Both the position numbers and the translations under genes were made by a program. The notes below the pieces were generated by a model. That model saw only the letters and a list, made by a program, of their open reading frames with translations. It did no database searches and was not told the DNA's origin. Shown here piece after piece: positions 59,928-64,000 of a DNA stretch of 64,000 nucleotides. The stretch is from Euryarchaeota archaeon UBA62. Its GTDB lineage: Archaea > Thermoplasmatota > Poseidoniia > Poseidoniales > Thalassarchaeaceae. The stretch spans positions 1,149 to 65,148 of the forward strand of contig DAPJ01000022.1 of the NCBI GenBank assembly GCA_002502095.1, in the 5' to 3' direction. Within the stretch, counting starts at the first letter, position 1. The number at the start of each line of letters is the position of its first letter.

Positions 59928-60716
59928 ATGATTGCCTCCGACGTACCAGACTCATCCGTTTGGTCGGCAATAGGATGGGATGGAGGGAATTACCTAATGT
60001 CCCCAGAGCTTCACTTTGAAAGAATGATTAGGCATGCTGGTAAGCTGGGCTTGGAATGTCCTCCTGACCTGTCAGAGAGAGTCTTCTCAAAGCTAGGAGG
60101 AGTAAACCCTCCAGAAGAACGGAATGAGTGCTCTGACCAAGATCCATTCCTTCTCATTGTGAAGGTGACATCAGGAGGGGATATCATCTTACAGGGCTCG
60201 ATAAACAAGACATGGCCAGAGACACCGTTGTCCGCAATATCACTTAGTGCTCCTATTTGGGACGATGGTATCAGAGGAACAAAGCATGGAGACTACCAGC
60301 CATATCGTGATGCTAGAGAAGTCGCGATGAGCAATGGTGCCGATATTGGCCTTCTCTTCGAGGATGGGAATCTGATTGATGGTGATAGATGCACCCCCCT
60401 GCTTCTCGATAGTGATGGAGTAGCATACCACCCAAGGCACAGTGATGGGGCACTGGACTCGGTATCCCTGCAAGTAATCAAGCCATTTTTGGAGAGTTCT
60501 GGAATTCCCGTAAGAGGCGCCAAGATAACACTTGGAATGATTACTAGGTGCTCTGAGATGATTGTTTGTGGTAGCGGAATGGGGATAAAATCACTAGGAA
60601 AGATAGACGATAGGAAGATAGGAAATCCAAGGGGGCGGCTTTACAAAGTGGCTTCTGAGGGATGGTCGAAAAGATTGAGGATCAGCAAAGGAAACGGAGG
60701 AAGGGGTCATGAGTAA
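59928..60716 (+). CDS. Class-IV aminotransferase fold protein, aminodeoxychorismate lyase (PabC)-like
   Basis: The C-terminal pattern (GALDSVSLQVIKPFLESSGIPVRGAKITLGMITRCSEMIVCGSGMGI) resembles the PabC/IlvE family. It overlaps the pabB-pabA fusion gene by 8 nt. Confidence 0.5.
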   Translation: MIASDVPDSSVWSAIGWDGGNYLMSPELHFERMIRHAGKLGLECPPDLSERVFSKLGGVNPPEERNECSDQDPFLLIVKVTSGGDIILQGSINKTWPETPLSAISLSAPIWDDGIRGTKHGDYQPYRDAREVAMSNGADIGLLFEDGNLIDGDRCTPLLLDSDGVAYHPRHSDGALDSVSLQVIKPFLESSGIPVRGAKITLGMITRCSEMIVCGSGMGIKSLGKIDDRKIGNPRGRLYKVASEGWSKRLRISKGNGGRGHE

Positions 60717-63009
60717 TTCTAGGTGGAAGTCACTAGGAATTTCTGACAATGAAGAGCTCCTCATAGAGCTGCTAATACACCTCAGAGAAGAAGGTGATTC
60801 TTTTGAAGATGAGATACTACTACACTCGGGAGGCCCTGTAACTGACCTCTCAAAGAGATCTTTACTCCCATCTTTGGATAGTATAAGGGTATTGATGGTT
60901 GAACCAGAAGGTGAATCCTCAGAAGAGATTCCTTCTGCCCTAAGTGGAGAAGTATGTTTGGGCTCTCCTTCACCACTAAATCTTGTCATTCAGGAAAGAG
61001 AAGGCCATAAGTGGAACACCCGTGAAGAGGTATATTGCGCTAGCCTCACAGAAGCCTTGGACTGTATTAGTCAGTTTGAGATTACCTCAGAATGTCACAA
61101 AGATGTCACATTTCACCCAGGAGGGTTCACTGGAATACTAGGTTATGACCTCTCTAGATGGTCTGAGCCTATCAGACTCTCCAATACGCCTGTACCTGGT
61201 TCTGTATTAGGAGTCCTTTGGAGAGCAGATGCATGGTTTATTCACGATAGAAATAGCGGTGAGATAGGAGTACTAGGGATAGAAGGTCATCCATGGCTTG
61301 ATCTAGAGTTACCAGAGATGGAAGGATTCGATATGCCTGCGATTCCGAAATTAGATTCTGTTCCCCACAGTGAGAGTGATTCGGACCATGCTAGAAAAGT
61401 ATCAAGAGTCAGGGAGAGTATTACTGGTGGAAATCTGTACCAAGTTAACTATGGAAGAAAGTGGAAGGGAGAAATGCCAGGTCACCCATGGGACTCCTTT
61501 CTCCTTCTCACTCGCTCTAATCCGGCTCCCTTCTCATCTTGGATGATGGTATCTGACCTAGGATGGTCAGTAGCTTCCTCAAGTCCTGAGAGGCTCGTTG
61601 AGCTAGAACAGGGAATAGTCAGAACGAGGCCTATCAAGGGAACCAGAAAGAGGGGTGGGAGCGTAGAGGAGGACCAGAAGCTCAGAGAAGAAATGATTTC
61701 TAGTGAGAAAGAGATATCTGAACATCTAATGCTAGTGGACTTGGAAAGACATGATCTCAGTAAAGTGTGTAAGCCTGGTACAGTTCATTGGTCTGGGTGG
61801 AGAATAGAGGCCCTCTCTAACGTTCAGCATCTTGTCAGCGGGGTACAGGGGGAATTAGCACCTGGTTTCACAACGTCCGAAGTTACATCTCTAATGTTTC
61901 CCGGAGGATCGGTTACTGGTTGTCCAAAGACAGTAACTCTAGCAGCAATAGATGAGCTTGAAGAAAGTCCCAGAGGTGCTTGGACGGGTTCGATAGGACA
62001 TATACACAGAGGACATGGAATAGCTGACTGGAATATCCTCATTAGGACATTGGAGGCTCACTCTGGCCCCGAAAAGTGGCATGCAACAGTTCAGGCAGGA
62101 GGAGGGATTGTGATAGGTTCATCTCCAGCTGAGGAGGTCGAGGAAGCACGCTGGAAGGCGGCTGCGGTTACAGAGTCAGCATGGGGCTTCAGGACTGGTT
62201 TCTCAAACAAGGATCTACCAGAAAGAGGAGTGGAAATATATCCTGTTCCTGAGTATGGAGGAATAATTGATCATCTGAGTCCAGGCTTAATGGCTAAAGA
62301 AGGGAGTATTGGTTCGATAGTGAATTATCCATGTGACAAGATTGAAGGTTGCACTCTTCTAATTGATAACTTGGATTCTTTCACTCGAAATATTGCCGAG
62401 GTAATTTCTTCATTAGGTTCGGATGTAGTAATTGCAGATGGCAGAAAGTTCGACACAGATAATGTTTCCAATGCAGTCGATGAATTACTACTCAACACTA
62501 GCCCAGATAGGGTAATTCTAGGGCCCGGGCCTTCGAGGCCTGAATCATATCCGATAACGATGGAGATTGCTAGGAGAAGCATCTCAGGAAATCTGACGAT
62601 AGCTGGCAAACACGTACCGGTCCTAGGGTTATGCCTAGGGCATCAAGCACTAGGTTTAGCAGATGGGTGGGAACTAGTCGAGTCTCCCAAGGGCCCTGTG
62701 CATGGAACACCAAGCGTAATTATTAGTGATGGCACTGGCATATTCAGAGAATTACCTAGAAAATCTATTATGATGAGGTATAACAGTTTGATTCTCTTAC
62801 CGACGGATAGTGATTTGATCCCCAATTCCTGGGATGATAAGGGAGATCTTCTCATGGGGGTGACTCATCGGACGTTACCCATCGATGGTGTTCAATTCCA
62901 TCCTGAATCAGTAGGCAGTCCAAGTGGTCGAGATTTACTATCCGAGTTCGTAACGAGAAAACCTGTAATATCCAATCATCAAATCGAGGAGCAGGTTAGA
63001 CGACCGTAG
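60709..63009 (+). CDS. Fused chorismate-utilising enzyme component I and glutamine amidotransferase (aminodeoxychorismate or anthranilate synthase; PabB-PabA order)
   Basis: GNLYQVNYGRKW, PAPFSSWM, SSSPERLV, TRPIKGTRKRG, EHLMLVDLERHDL and FPGGSVTGCPK are present. The GATase motifs follow: LLIDNLDSFT, LGLCLGHQALG and GVQFHPES. Confidence 0.85.
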   Translation: MSNSRWKSLGISDNEELLIELLIHLREEGDSFEDEILLHSGGPVTDLSKRSLLPSLDSIRVLMVEPEGESSEEIPSALSGEVCLGSPSPLNLVIQEREGHKWNTREEVYCASLTEALDCISQFEITSECHKDVTFHPGGFTGILGYDLSRWSEPIRLSNTPVPGSVLGVLWRADAWFIHDRNSGEIGVLGIEGHPWLDLELPEMEGFDMPAIPKLDSVPHSESDSDHARKVSRVRESITGGNLYQVNYGRKWKGEMPGHPWDSFLLLTRSNPAPFSSWMMVSDLGWSVASSSPERLVELEQGIVRTRPIKGTRKRGGSVEEDQKLREEMISSEKEISEHLMLVDLERHDLSKVCKPGTVHWSGWRIEALSNVQHLVSGVQGELAPGFTTSEVTSLMFPGGSVTGCPKTVTLAAIDELEESPRGAWTGSIGHIHRGHGIADWNILIRTLEAHSGPEKWHATVQAGGGIVIGSSPAEEVEEARWKAAAVTESAWGFRTGFSNKDLPERGVEIYPVPEYGGIIDHLSPGLMAKEGSIGSIVNYPCDKIEGCTLLIDNLDSFTRNIAEVISSLGSDVVIADGRKFDTDNVSNAVDELLLNTSPDRVILGPGPSRPESYPITMEIARRSISGNLTIAGKHVPVLGLCLGHQALGLADGWELVESPKGPVHGTPSVIISDGTGIFRELPRKSIMMRYNSLILLPTDSDLIPNSWDDKGDLLMGVTHRTLPIDGVQFHPESVGSPSGRDLLSEFVTRKPVISNHQIEEQVRRP

Positions 63010-63410
63010 TGTTGAAGGACATAGACCCACTGGAAATGACGAGATACATGCCGACGTGTAGGAAATGCAATCAGACTTACCATCAGTCACATTTCGTCAG
63101 TGGCAATGGTCCTCGTTACCTGATTTGTGGTCGTTGTGCAGTTGAGACGGGGCTAGTAACTGTAGATGAGGCTCCCCAGTTCTACAGTGACGAGCTCGCA
63201 AGAGCCAGACTAGTCCTATACAGCAAGAGGTACCGTCCACTTGCATTCACTAGTGCAGGATGGATATTGTTCCTAACACTCGGGAGAGGGATAGAGCTGT
63301 GGTCAGGAGTATTCTTCGGTACTCTACTTGTCGCCACATTGGCGACTCCGGTACTTCATTTCCTAGGTTCAGCCAGATTCAAAGCAGAATTATCTAGGCT
63401 TACTCCGTGA
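63009..63410 (+). CDS. Zinc-ribbon membrane protein (hypothetical)
   Basis: CRKC-x22-CGRC is followed by two TM helices. Its GTG start overlaps the upstream stop by 1 nt (TAGTG). Confidence 0.45.
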   Translation: MLKDIDPLEMTRYMPTCRKCNQTYHQSHFVSGNGPRYLICGRCAVETGLVTVDEAPQFYSDELARARLVLYSKRYRPLAFTSAGWILFLTLGRGIELWSGVFFGTLLVATLATPVLHFLGSARFKAELSRLTP

Positions 63411-63610
63411 ATCTACCACGGGAACCATTGAAATATCATTCATTACTCTGAGAATGTAGAGGGAACAGTGGGTTCCCTATGAAAGCCCGTGAGACTGGAT
63501 GACGATAATGGAGGAACGAGAACAAAAAAACAATAATTACTGGAGTAATAAAATGGCGCTTAGTGAAGCGTTTTTCAGTATTGTTGATACTATATATTCT
63601 CGTTCGAATA

Positions 63611-63694
63611 GAATTTCCGGACCTCCCGGAAGCATACTAGCGAAGGACTCCCCAGCGCTAGCTGTTTCCGGAAAGAGAGAACAGCGGGTTCTCT
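63611..63694 (+). promoter_or_regulatory. Cluster of three short stem-loops/palindromes upstream of the right-edge secreted-protein gene
   Basis: The first is TTCCGG-acctc-CCGGAA (63615-63631). The second is the 10-bp palindrome TTTCCGGAAA (63665-63674). The third is AGAGAAC-agcgg-GTTCTCT (63676-63694). GGAGA and the ATG at 63712 follow. Confidence 0.3.
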
Positions 63695-63711
63695 GAACTG
63701 AATTTGGAGAT

Positions 63712-64000
63712 ATGATGAAAATGCAGAAGACAAAGAACGCGAGCATGCTAATTGCACTGCTCCTTGTAACAATGGCGGGCTCCGTTGGCGTAAGTGCCGA
63801 TGGATCTGACCCACTGGACCCCTCTGATGGTGGTGCAGACTGGGATAATGATGGGCTCACCAATGCCGAGGAGCAAGCTGCAGGAACTGATATGAACAAC
63901 CCCGATACGGACAACGATGGATTGCCAGATGGGTGGGAAGTGACCTATGGTCTGAATCCTAACTCAGCTGGAGATGCCAACGCTGACCCTGACGGGGACG
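63712..64000 (+). CDS. Secreted protein with thrombospondin type-3-like Ca-binding repeats; C-terminus beyond the right window edge; absent from the ORF track
   Basis: MMKMQKTKNASMLIALLLVTMAGSVGVSA is a signal peptide. It is followed by DWDNDGLTNAEE, DTDNDGLPDGWE and DPDGD repeats. The frame stays open to position 64000, and GGAGA lies upstream of the ATG. Confidence 0.75.
   Translation, partial: MMKMQKTKNASMLIALLLVTMAGSVGVSADGSDPLDPSDGGADWDNDGLTNAEEQAAGTDMNNPDTDNDGLPDGWEVTYGLNPNSAGDANADPDGD

Noticed and set aside
63499-63914. Track ORFs 63499..63696(+) and 63537..63914(-)
   Set aside because: They have no SD or recognisable motifs. The minus-strand ORF runs antisense across the start and signal peptide of the well-supported right-edge gene. 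The region is better explained as a structured non-coding leader.

Overview
The window is a densely coding (about 90%) archaeal chromosomal segment. Archaea-specific core genes show this: ribosomal proteins uS2, L7Ae, S28e and L24e, deoxyhypusine synthase, the wyosine enzymes Taw1 and a Taw2/Trm5-like methyltransferase, and a geranylgeranyl-reductase homologue. Mixed in are many bacterial-type genes: orn, an alkB-like hydroxylase, uvrB, a maeB-type malic enzyme, a 3-hydroxyacyl-CoA dehydrogenase/enoyl-CoA hydratase fusion, a CcmF-like heme-handling protein and a MacB-type ABC system. This mosaic, the moderate GC content and several very large secreted acidic proteins resemble planktonic marine Euryarchaeota (Marine Group II-like), but that is inference only. 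I found one tRNA-Ile(GAU), and no rRNA, CRISPR array, transposase or integrase. Four genes are absent from the ORF track: a minus-strand secreted-protein gene (>=855 codons) running off the left edge, a signal-peptide/TSP3-repeat gene running off the right edge, a 58-aa Hc1/H1-like ORF, and a 51-aa ORF with a strong Shine-Dalgarno sequence. The loci most worth follow-up are: (1) a three-gene operon of two secreted paralogues sharing a Cys-x(1,3)-Cys-His-Gly module plus a polytopic membrane protein, about 8 kb from a lone CcmF-like gene; (2) an ABC operon with a 1197-aa DUF805-FtsX fusion permease and two different ATPases, one with a zinc-ribbon tail; (3) a 2905-aa surface protein with an acidic repeat tail; (4) an msrA whose catalytic motif lies upstream of any canonical in-frame start; (5) an orphan long JAMM/MPN+ protein; (6) an alkB-like hydroxylase in an archaeal context. 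All functional calls come from motif recognition by eye, with no database search.
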